Source of the DNA: Erysipelotrichaceae bacterium
Lineage (GTDB): Bacteria > Bacillota_I > Bacilli_A > Erysipelotrichales > Erysipelotrichaceae
Reading direction: 5' to 3'
DNA length: 43,443 nucleotides
Assembly: GCA_003510215.1 (NCBI GenBank)
Contig: DOKQ01000097.1
Location: 1 to 43,443, forward strand
Under the pieces are notes generated by a model, which worked only from the letters and a program-made list of their open reading frames with translations, had not been told where the DNA came from and did not search any database. How positions within the stretch are numbered: the first letter of the stretch is position 1; every line of letters starts with the position of its first letter. This document shows positions 18,287 to 26,103 of the stretch, piece after piece. A program made the position numbers and the translations under genes.

Positions 18287-18355
18287 AATATCACCTCTTA
18301 ATCTCAATATATCCCATTTTATACAGTTGTGTTATAATAGTCAAGAGGTGAATCT

Positions 18356-18931
18356 ATGCTTAAAAAATGGATGATCATTCTTGTTATTTTTACATTAGGT
18401 GGATGTACACTTTTTGATCAGGAAGACAAGGTATTAACACAAAAAATGCAGAGGTATCAGGCGTACTATACATCGATTTTTGATAATGACCGATTTATTG
18501 ACTATTCAGATTTTTATGATATTGAATTTTTTCTAAATGAACTACCGGATCGCACATACCGATATGATTTGATTATCGATAATCCACGCATCGCCATGTA
18601 TGATGTTGAGGTTATGATTGTTGAAAATGATACAGACCCTGAGGATATAGACAAAATGATGCCAAATGCAGGCATTTTTGAGGATGCTGAGTATAATCTT
18701 GTGCCATTTCAATTTAATTCTGATAAAGGATATCGTAAAGGAATTGCGCTCAGTGGTATCGTGGATCAACCTGTGGTAACTCTTCGTGTGATGGTTGCCT
18801 GGAAAGATTATGCCAAAGTAAATTCAACCCGAGAGTTCTTTCTGATTCAACGCGATTTTAATGCTCCTACAGAAATTCCTGGGGACGTTGATAACGATGT
18901 AGATATGGATGATGAAGATGAAACCGAATAA
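18356..18931 (+). CDS. Hypothetical lipoprotein with poly-acidic C-terminus
   Basis: Extended -10 TGtTATAAT at 18330-18338. SD AAGAGGTG, ATG 18356. Signal peptide MLKKWMIILVIFTLGGC (lipobox L-G-G-C). C-terminus GDVDNDVDMDDEDETE. Confidence 0.7.
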   Translation: MLKKWMIILVIFTLGGCTLFDQEDKVLTQKMQRYQAYYTSIFDNDRFIDYSDFYDIEFFLNELPDRTYRYDLIIDNPRIAMYDVEVMIVENDTDPEDIDKMMPNAGIFEDAEYNLVPFQFNSDKGYRKGIALSGIVDQPVVTLRVMVAWKDYAKVNSTREFFLIQRDFNAPTEIPGDVDNDVDMDDEDETE

Positions 18932-20552
18932 AAATCGTTCAATGATTGCTGGTGGACTGACAAGCTCTGCCGGCATGTTTATTTCCAAGGCGTTAGGTAT
19001 TTTGTACGTAACTCCTTTTCAACAGATGGCAACTGAGGCAAATGTCTCGTATTATGCATATGCCTATTCAGTATATGATGTGATGTTGCAGATCTCACTG
19101 GCTGGAATACCTTTTGCAATCGCCGCACTTGTGGCGAAATATATGGCGAAGGAAGACTATGTTACGGTTGTTCTTATTCGAAAAATTTCAACGGGTATAC
19201 TTGCATTTATGGGGTTTGTAACTGCACTCTTACTTCTTGTCTTTGCTGAGCCAATTGCTCGCTTTGTTCTTACAGAAGATGTCAGTGCTGTTTCCATCGA
19301 GAAAACAAAATCAGTCCTTATTATTATCAGTTTGGCTGTATTTCTTGTACCTGTTTTAGGTTCGTTTAGAGGATTTTATCAGGGTCTTAAGGATATGTCT
19401 ACCTATGCCTTTTCTCAGGTTCTGGAACAGTTATCACGGATACTGTTCCTTTTATCCATGGGATTTTTGTTTGTGGTTGTTTTTCAGAAAGATTCGATGT
19501 GGGCTGTTTATTTTGCTGTTGGTTCTGCAGGGTTTTCAGCACTATTGTCCATTATTCATTTACTGTTTATCGATAAAAGAGCGTATCAGCCGATTCTTGA
19601 AGGTGCTAGTATCCAAACTTCAGCATCTGCAGACTCTACATTAGTTATTAAAGAACTTCTGTACTTTTCTGTACCGTACTTTTTATCGACGCTACTTGGA
19701 AACAGTGTGTCCATTGTGAATCTGATGCTTTTTAATCGTTCCATGTTCTTAATCAGCCAGGATGAGGTGATGATTAAGCTTTTATATTCAATGATTTCCT
19801 ACAATACCATAAAGTTGACGATTATACCCACTGTATTAGCTTCAGGATTTTCTGTTGCACTGATTCCATTTATGTCTGCTGCTTTTGCAGAAAATAATAC
19901 CGTGCTTATTCGCAAATATATTAAAGATATTTTGCTTACCATTACTTATATTGCACTTCCGTTTTCTGTCATATTTATTCTGTTTGCACCTGAAATTTAC
20001 TATGTGATGTATGGTGGAACCAATTACTATTTGGGCGGGCTTGTGCTATCTTATAATTCGCTCTATGCTTTACTTACTGCTGTTTCTCCGATTTTGCTGT
20101 CAATGATGATGGTTCTTCGTTTCCGTAAGCGAGCTCTGATGATTCTGGTTGTGGGTCTTATTGTAAAGGCCATCTCTATGACTCCTCTGATCATGCTCAC
20201 TGGTTTTGCGGGAGCCATTTACTCAAATATTCTTGCGGGTGGTGTTATGATCGGGTTAAATCTGGCACACATTCATGCGCATTATCGAATCAACTTTCGC
20301 GTCTTTTTGCGTCAGCTACTTCTGATGATGGTTGCCAGTCTTGGGATGCTTATGTTCCGATTTGCTTTATATCTGTTACAAATTGATTTAATCACCCATG
20401 GAAGGCTTGTATCTTTGATTGGTATTGGTGTATTTACCGTTGTTACATTAATGATATATTTTATGATTACAGATACATTTGGTTTAATGGAACAGGTGCT
20501 CAAGTTTAACTTGAAGACACTGGTTAGAAAGGTGATGCGACGTGCGACTTGA
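18909..20552 (+). CDS. MOP-superfamily flippase (MurJ/YtgP/SpoVB-like polytopic membrane protein)
   Basis: 547 aa with about 14 hydrophobic segments. The N-terminal pattern (GGLTSSAGMFISKALGILYVTPF) is typical of MurJ/MviN/polysaccharide-biosynthesis flippases. Overlaps the lipoprotein gene by 23 nt. The exact start (18909, 18912 or 18918) is uncertain. Confidence 0.7.
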   Translation: MMKMKPNKNRSMIAGGLTSSAGMFISKALGILYVTPFQQMATEANVSYYAYAYSVYDVMLQISLAGIPFAIAALVAKYMAKEDYVTVVLIRKISTGILAFMGFVTALLLLVFAEPIARFVLTEDVSAVSIEKTKSVLIIISLAVFLVPVLGSFRGFYQGLKDMSTYAFSQVLEQLSRILFLLSMGFLFVVVFQKDSMWAVYFAVGSAGFSALLSIIHLLFIDKRAYQPILEGASIQTSASADSTLVIKELLYFSVPYFLSTLLGNSVSIVNLMLFNRSMFLISQDEVMIKLLYSMISYNTIKLTIIPTVLASGFSVALIPFMSAAFAENNTVLIRKYIKDILLTITYIALPFSVIFILFAPEIYYVMYGGTNYYLGGLVLSYNSLYALLTAVSPILLSMMMVLRFRKRALMILVVGLIVKAISMTPLIMLTGFAGAIYSNILAGGVMIGLNLAHIHAHYRINFRVFLRQLLLMMVASLGMLMFRFALYLLQIDLITHGRLVSLIGIGVFTVVTLMIYFMITDTFGLMEQVLKFNLKTLVRKVMRRAT

Positions 20553-21243
20553 TAAATATCTTGCGATTGCAGGCTTGGGTTCGAGAAAAGATGTAAAGAA
20601 AATTATTCGAAATGGCCGGGTGGTTGTGAATGATTTTGTTCAGAGAAAAGATGATGCTCACATAGATCCGGATATAGATCAGATTTTTGTGGATGAGTTA
20701 CCCGTTTCGGTGCTTTTAAATGTCTATATTATGCTTAATAAGCCACAGGGTGTGATTAGTGCTACGGAAGATGAAGAGTCATCGACCGTACTTGATCTAA
20801 TAGATATTCCACTTCCCAAGGATGTGTTTCCTGTAGGACGACTGGATAAGGATACTGAAGGTTTATTGCTTTTAAGCAATGATGGTCCAATGGCTCATCG
20901 CTTGCTTTCGCCAAAACGAAAAGTAGATAAGGTATACTATGTCAAATGCAAAGATAGCCTCACTGAACTGATGATAAAGCAACTAGAGCAGGGTGTTGAC
21001 ATAGGTGATGATACACTGACGGCTCCGGCGGAAGTCATTCTCGAATCAGAAAATTCCATGTTTCTTACGATTACTGAGGGTAGATATCATCAGGTGAAAC
21101 GAATGTTACATGCTGTAGATAATGAAGTCATCTTTCTTAAACGTTTACGTATGGGGCCATTAGTTTTGGATGAGTCATTGAATCCAGGGGAGTGGCGATT
21201 GTGCACAGAAGACGAGATTACAGTTTTAAAAGATTGGAAATAA
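20542..21243 (+). CDS. rsuA: S4-domain rRNA pseudouridine synthase (RsuA family)
   Basis: GTG 20542 follows AAAGGTGA. 233 aa. N-terminal S4 domain (RLDKYLA...SRKDVKKIIRNGRVVVN) and catalytic motif GRLDKDTEGLLLLSNDG. Confidence 0.8.
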   Translation: MRLDKYLAIAGLGSRKDVKKIIRNGRVVVNDFVQRKDDAHIDPDIDQIFVDELPVSVLLNVYIMLNKPQGVISATEDEESSTVLDLIDIPLPKDVFPVGRLDKDTEGLLLLSNDGPMAHRLLSPKRKVDKVYYVKCKDSLTELMIKQLEQGVDIGDDTLTAPAEVILESENSMFLTITEGRYHQVKRMLHAVDNEVIFLKRLRMGPLVLDESLNPGEWRLCTEDEITVLKDWK

Positions 21244-21264
21244 CAACCTTCGGGTTGTTTTTTT
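21242..21264 (+). terminator. Intrinsic terminator after the pseudouridine synthase gene
   Basis: aacaacc-ttcg-ggttgtt followed by ttttt. The stem begins within the stop codon. Confidence 0.85.
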
Positions 21265-21301
21265 GGTATAAGCACATATAATGTAGCTAGGAGGGATGAA
21301 C

Positions 21302-22453
21302 ATGGAAATATCCCAAAGCTTTGCCTTGGAAATGGTGAAAGAACTGAGTACCATTCTTCAGCAACATATCAATTTTATCGATAAGCATGCAATGATTATA
21401 GCTTCGAGTGATGAAACCCGGATTTCGAGTTGTCATATGGGAGCTAAAAAGCTGATCGAGGAAAATCTACCTTTTCTATTGATTGATTCAGATGATGCTT
21501 TTAGTGGTAGTAAGAAGGGTTTGAACTTTCCGATTGTTGTGGATGATGTGATTGTAGGTGTCATAGGCATCACCGGTGATCCTCAGCAGGTATCCAAGTA
21601 TGGCCAATTACTAAAGAAGTTCACTGAAATGTACATTCGTGACGAACGTTTACGGCAGATTAAAAATCAGGAAGATAAGATTCGGTCTCGTTTTTTAGAA
21701 AAATGGCTTCTTGATCCTCAACATGCAATTTCACCAACCTTTGCGGATACAGCCATTTCACTTGGTATTGATCCTAAAAAGCAGTATCGTGTCATTGTCA
21801 TGATGTACACTCTATCCCATACCAGTGCATCAACTTCGACGCAACAGCTATTTGATTTATCTACGCGATACATGAAGAGTCAGTTGTTAAAAGAGGGAAA
21901 TCATTATTGTCGCATTGGGAGTAAAATGATTTATATCATGTCAAATATCAATGATACAAAGCTACCTGAGATACTTGAAGATATCAATAGAAAAGTTCAA
22001 CAGAGCTATGATATCGAGTTGATCATCGGGTATGATCGCTCTTTTGCAACTTCTGAACAGCTTCATCAAAACTATGTGGAGGCATCGAAAGCATTGAAAG
22101 CTTGTACTCAAATGTCGTTGCCTATTGTTGGGTATCAGAACTTGTACCTTGAACTTTTGTTTGATGAGATATCATCGTTTACGCGTGCAGATTTCATGTC
22201 AAAGATTTTTTATCAGATGGATAAGGATACAATGGAGGAAACCCTACGCGTTTGCAAAGCCTATTATCAGTGCGATGGTTCGATTCAAAGGGCAGCACAG
22301 GTACTGTTCATCCACAAAAATACTTTGCAGTATAAATTGCAGCGGATTACTAATTTAACATCCTTGGACCCAAGGGCTTATCGAAATATCCCGATATTTA
22401 CTCTTGCTATTAAGATATTTGAGGATGATATGAGACTTAATAGTTCTTCGTAA
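21302..22453 (+). CDS. cdaR: CdaR/PucR-family sugar-diacid (glycerate) regulator
   Basis: GGAGG at 21290-21294 favours ATG 21302 over 21296. C-terminal PucR-type HTH (IHKNTLQYKLQRITNLTSLDPR). Lies upstream of gntP-type permease and glycerate kinase genes. Confidence 0.8.
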   Translation: MEISQSFALEMVKELSTILQQHINFIDKHAMIIASSDETRISSCHMGAKKLIEENLPFLLIDSDDAFSGSKKGLNFPIVVDDVIVGVIGITGDPQQVSKYGQLLKKFTEMYIRDERLRQIKNQEDKIRSRFLEKWLLDPQHAISPTFADTAISLGIDPKKQYRVIVMMYTLSHTSASTSTQQLFDLSTRYMKSQLLKEGNHYCRIGSKMIYIMSNINDTKLPEILEDINRKVQQSYDIELIIGYDRSFATSEQLHQNYVEASKALKACTQMSLPIVGYQNLYLELLFDEISSFTRADFMSKIFYQMDKDTMEETLRVCKAYYQCDGSIQRAAQVLFIHKNTLQYKLQRITNLTSLDPRAYRNIPIFTLAIKIFEDDMRLNSSS

Positions 22454-22457
22454 CAAT

Positions 22458-22471
22458 TGTAAGCGGTTATA
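22458..22471 (+). promoter_or_regulatory. Candidate cre (CcpA-binding) site
   Basis: TGTAAGCGGTTATA matches the cre consensus TGWAANCGNTNWCA at 13 of 14 positions. It lies just after the cdaR stop and upstream of the gntP promoter. Confidence 0.4.
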
Positions 22472-22491
22472 TATAGTCTTTGTACTATATA
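22470..22491. promoter_or_regulatory. Inverted repeat TATATAGT-N6-ACTATATA upstream of the gntP -10 (candidate CdaR operator)
   Basis: Perfect 8-bp arms at 22470-22477 and 22484-22491. It is centred about 30 bp upstream of TATAAT (22511-22516), where no good -35 hexamer exists. Confidence 0.35.
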
Positions 22492-22555
22492 AAACTGCTT
22501 TTTTTCTTTGTATAATGTAGTTAGTACCGAAAGGTAAACAAAGGAGAAAGAGGAT

Positions 22556-23968
22556 ATGACAGGTATACCACTAATTATCACATTTGTAATTTCGATTGTT
22601 GTCATGATTTTAGCCATATCGAAGTTCAAAGTCCATCCGTTTTTGGCGATTATGGGGATATCGCTGATTTTAGCTCTGATTGTAGGAATTCCAATCGTTG
22701 ATATTCCTGCGACTGCAGATTCACCAGCCGTCAGCGGCATTGCATCGATCATTGGTGCAGGGTTTAGTTCGACATTTGCCGGTATCGGGATTGTCATTAT
22801 TTTAGGGGCTCTTGTGGGTGTTCTACTTGAGAAAACCGGAGCAGCGATTAAACTTGCGGATATGGTTGTTTCCGCTGTTGGGAAAAAACGTCCTGAGCTA
22901 GCTATTATGATTATGGGATGGATCGTTTCAATCCCCGTATTCTGTGATTCCGGATTTGTTATTCTGGATCCAATTCGTAAAGCGTTGCGTAAACGTACGA
23001 TGGCATCCAGTGTCTCTATGACCGTGGCTTTATCCGCTGGGTTATATGCGTCGCACGTATTTATTCCGCCAACACCAGGGCCAATCGCAGCTGCAGGTGC
23101 AGCGGGCTTAGCGGATTCATTATTGCTTGTTATGGGATTTGGTGCTCTTATCAGTATTCCAACACTGATTGCGGCCTACTTTTATGCCATGTACATTGGC
23201 AAAAAAGTTAAATCTACCGAAGATTTTGAAGATGATGGAGAAATCACGAATACCTATGAGGACCTTGTTAAAGAATATGGAAAGTTGCCAAATGGATTTG
23301 CGGCTATTGCTCCAATTTTAATGCCGATATTACTTATGGCTCTTTCATCCGTGGTTGTGGCCATGAAGATGTCAGGACCTATGATTAACGTTATTCGTTT
23401 CCTTGGACATCCGATGCTTGCGTTAACCGTCGGATTACTGTTTGGAATTTACTTGCTGTATGTTTCAGGAAAATTGGCTTCGTTTAATCAGATTACCAAT
23501 GACACCTTAAAAACCGTAGGACCTATCCTATTTGTTACTGCTGCGGGTGGTGTGTTAGGTCGTGTTATTGCTTCTGCTGGATTTATTGAGTATATTCGTG
23601 GAAATGCGACAGCGATTTCAACGATTGGTATTTTCTTCCCATTTATTATCGCAGCGATCCTAAAATCTGCACAAGGATCTTCAACTGTAGCGATTACGAC
23701 AACAGCAGGTATGCTGGGTAGTTATTTAGCCAGTGATTCACTGATGGTTGCTTTGGGACTAACAACGCCGGTTCTAGCGGCTTTAGCTGTTATGGCTATT
23801 GGTGCTGGTGCGATGACAGTTTCTCATGCAAATGATAGTTATTTCTGGGTTGTAACTAATTTTGGTGGTATGAAAGCTGAAGATGGTTATAAGACTCAAA
23901 CAGCAGTTACTCTTGTCATGGGTATTGCCGCGATGATTGCTATCTTTATTTTCTCACTGATTTTCTAG
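22556..23968 (+). CDS. GntP-family permease (glycerate/gluconate:H+ symporter family)
   Basis: 470 aa. SD AAAGGAGAAAGAGG. Polytopic, with the N-terminal KVHPFLAIM pattern and overall organisation typical of GntP transporters. Confidence 0.85.
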   Translation: MTGIPLIITFVISIVVMILAISKFKVHPFLAIMGISLILALIVGIPIVDIPATADSPAVSGIASIIGAGFSSTFAGIGIVIILGALVGVLLEKTGAAIKLADMVVSAVGKKRPELAIMIMGWIVSIPVFCDSGFVILDPIRKALRKRTMASSVSMTVALSAGLYASHVFIPPTPGPIAAAGAAGLADSLLLVMGFGALISIPTLIAAYFYAMYIGKKVKSTEDFEDDGEITNTYEDLVKEYGKLPNGFAAIAPILMPILLMALSSVVVAMKMSGPMINVIRFLGHPMLALTVGLLFGIYLLYVSGKLASFNQITNDTLKTVGPILFVTAAGGVLGRVIASAGFIEYIRGNATAISTIGIFFPFIIAAILKSAQGSSTVAITTTAGMLGSYLASDSLMVALGLTTPVLAALAVMAIGAGAMTVSHANDSYFWVVTNFGGMKAEDGYKTQTAVTLVMGIAAMIAIFIFSLIF

Positions 23969-24018
23969 GTTTTCTAAAGACTTGGCTCATCCCCAAGTCT
24001 TTCTGATAGAGGTGTGAT

Positions 24019-25164
24019 ATGAAACATATTTTATGTATGCCCGATTCATTTAAGGGCACGATGAGTTCTGCGGAAGTTGGAACGATTATGAAGGATGCCA
24101 TTTTACAGGTTTTTAACAATGCTCTTGTCGAAAACTACGCCGTCGCCGATGGTGGTGAAGGGACCGTTGATGCGTTTCTTTCGGCCATTGAGGGTGTAAA
24201 AAGGGAAGTTACTGTGGCAGGTCCTTATCATGAGTTGATTTCTTCGTTCTATGGAAAGATGATTGATGATGTAGCCATTATCGAAATGGCTGCCTGTGCC
24301 GGATTACCTCTTGTGGAGGATCACAAAAATCCTGAGCTGACAACAACGTATGGTGTCGGTCAACTGTTACTCAAAGCACTGGATGATGGTGCAAAGAAAA
24401 TCATCGTTGGTCTTGGCGGTTCCGCTACCAATGATGGAGGTTGTGGCATGGCAGCTGCCTGCGGTGTGCGATTCTATGACTCGTCAAATCAGGTATTTGT
24501 TCCGACCGGGGGAACACTTAAGGATATTGTTCATATCGATGTTCAACAACTTGATCCTCGAATTTTAACAACTGAAATCGTGACAATGTGCGATATTGAC
24601 AACCCACTGATCGGTCCTATGGGAGCCTCTGCTATTTTTGGTCCTCAAAAGGGAGCTGATCCTTCGATGGTTACACGTCTGGATTCAGGATTGTCCCATC
24701 TGGCAGAAGTCATAAAGAGAGATCTAGGAATGGATGTTGCTATGGTTGCGGGTGCCGGTGCGGCTGGTGGTATGGGAGCAGGTATGATGGCTTTCTTTCA
24801 CTCAACTTTGCAGATGGGCATTGAAACCGTTTTGGATGTTATTCATTTTGATGACCTTCTTGATCGTATCGACTGCATATTTACCGGTGAAGGTAAGATA
24901 GATTCTCAATCACTTCGTGGTAAAGTTGTTATTGGTATTTCGAGAAGAGCAAAGAAAAAAAATGTTCCCGTAATTGCTATTGTAGGCAGTATTGATGAAC
25001 AGGTATTTGATTTAAGCAGTGAAGGGGTTAGCGCGATGTTCAGTATTAATCATCAGCCATTGCCCTTTGAAATTGCAAAGCTGCACTCAAAGGAAAATCT
25101 GGCAAAAACCATGCATCAGGTTTGCCAACTACTCTTATTAAACACAAAGACCACCTCAACTTAA
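24019..25164 (+). CDS. glxK: Glycerate kinase
   Basis: 381 aa. N-terminal PDSFKGTMSS and ADGGEGT motifs, plus C-terminal ITGEGKIDSQSL, characteristic of the GlxK/GarK family. Confidence 0.9.
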   Translation: MKHILCMPDSFKGTMSSAEVGTIMKDAILQVFNNALVENYAVADGGEGTVDAFLSAIEGVKREVTVAGPYHELISSFYGKMIDDVAIIEMAACAGLPLVEDHKNPELTTTYGVGQLLLKALDDGAKKIIVGLGGSATNDGGCGMAAACGVRFYDSSNQVFVPTGGTLKDIVHIDVQQLDPRILTTEIVTMCDIDNPLIGPMGASAIFGPQKGADPSMVTRLDSGLSHLAEVIKRDLGMDVAMVAGAGAAGGMGAGMMAFFHSTLQMGIETVLDVIHFDDLLDRIDCIFTGEGKIDSQSLRGKVVIGISRRAKKKNVPVIAIVGSIDEQVFDLSSEGVSAMFSINHQPLPFEIAKLHSKENLAKTMHQVCQLLLLNTKTTST

Positions 25165-25178
25165 GGTGGTCTTATTTT
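25148..25178 (+). terminator. Intrinsic terminator of the glycerate operon
   Basis: agaccacct-caactta-aggtggtct, enclosing the glxK stop codon and followed by tatttta. Confidence 0.7.
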
Positions 25179-25182
25179 AAGT

Positions 25183-25217
25183 AAAAACCCAGTTCATGTT
25201 CATGATCCGGGTTTTTT
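25183..25217. terminator. Long imperfect hairpin flanked by an A-run and a T-run (rpsD terminator, possibly bidirectional)
   Basis: AAAAACCC...(inner ttcat/atgaa pairing)...GGGTTTTT, located 9 nt beyond the rpsD stop on the minus strand. Confidence 0.7.
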
Positions 25218-25225
25218 GATGACGA

Positions 25226-25831
25226 TTAACGGTTATAGAATTCGACTACGAGCGCTTCGTTGATTTCAGCGTTTAATTCATTACGTTCAGGTAAACGGAT
25301 GAACACACCTTTTTTCGCTTCTTTGTCAAAAGAAACGTAAGCCACTGTGTTTAGTGTTGCTTCCAAAGCATCACGGATTGAATCCATGCTCTTTGAAGAT
25401 TCACGAACCTCAATGGTTTGTCCAGGTTTTACTGAGTATGATGGAATATCAACTTTTTTACCATCAACCAGAATGTGGCCGTGGTTAACAAGTTGACGTG
25501 CCGCATTACGAGTGCGACCTAAGCCCATGCGATAGACAACATTGTCTAAGCGGGATTCAAGTAAGAACAAAAAGTTATGACCTGTAACTCCTTGTGCCTT
25601 GACTGCCTTTAGGTATGTGTTGTAGAACTGACGTTCTGTAACTCCATACATGAAACGAATGCGTTGTTTCTCACGCAATTGCATACCGTAGTTGGATAAT
25701 TTTCCACGACGGGCTGTTGGTCCGTGTTGACCAGGTGCATACTGACGGCGTTTTAGCTCTTCACCGGTTTCTAGGATTGAAAATCCTAAGCGGCGAGCCT
25801 TCTTCCAAACGGGTCCTTTTACTCTTGCCAT
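25226..25831 (-). CDS. rpsD: 30S ribosomal protein S4
   Basis: 201 aa. [19 protein letters not shown]-terminus, S4 RNA-binding domain ([11 protein letters not shown]...[17 protein letters not shown]). SD AAGGAGGAA on the minus strand. Confidence 0.97.
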   Translation of the reverse strand: MARVKGPVWKKARRLGFSILETGEELKRRQYAPGQHGPTARRGKLSNYGMQLREKQRIRFMYGVTERQFYNTYLKAVKAQGVTGHNFLFLLESRLDNVVYRMGLGRTRNAARQLVNHGHILVDGKKVDIPSYSVKPGQTIEVRESSKSMDSIRDALEATLNTVAYVSFDKEAKKGVFIRLPERNELNAEINEALVVEFYNR

Positions 25832-26002
25832 ATGTATTCCTCCTTTATTGTTTTATGGCGACATAAAACAACAACAGGCGCAATTCATCGTTGAAGGGTG
25901 TTTGTCTTGGGTATTTCGCTTTAAGCAGCAAGTTACTTTACTCCATCTGATGATGTGACAAACGCCGGATTCAAGACTTTGCGAGCTGCTATCATTTAAC
26001 GC
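25832..26002 (-). promoter_or_regulatory. Long 5' leader of rpsD (candidate S4 autoregulatory leader)
   Basis: About 170 nt lie between the predicted -10 element and the rpsD ATG, with no credible coding capacity. Bacillus rpsD is known to be autoregulated through its leader. Confidence 0.5.
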
Positions 26003-26008
26003 TTTAAT

Positions 26009-26037
26009 ACTATAGCAAATAAGTCTTCGAATGTCAA
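26009..26037 (-). promoter_or_regulatory. SigA-type promoter of rpsD
   Basis: The minus strand reads TTGACA (26037-26032), a 17-nt spacer, then TATAGT (26014-26009). Confidence 0.7.
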
Positions 26038-26103
26038 TTTTTAGTTCTTTTGTCATCAATTTTGACCTGAATATGATACAATAGACGCAATGAGGTGGTA
26101 TGA

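Noticed and set aside
22378-22797. 139-aa minus-strand ORF spanning the cdaR 3' end, the intergenic region and the gntP 5' end
   Set aside because: It crosses a promoter region and two well-supported plus-strand genes, and has no SD. It is judged spurious.
25853-26059. 68-aa minus-strand ORF upstream of rpsD
   Set aside because: Its start lies upstream of the predicted rpsD transcription start (-10 at 26009-26014). It has no SD and a Cys-rich, odd composition. The region is better explained as the rpsD leader.
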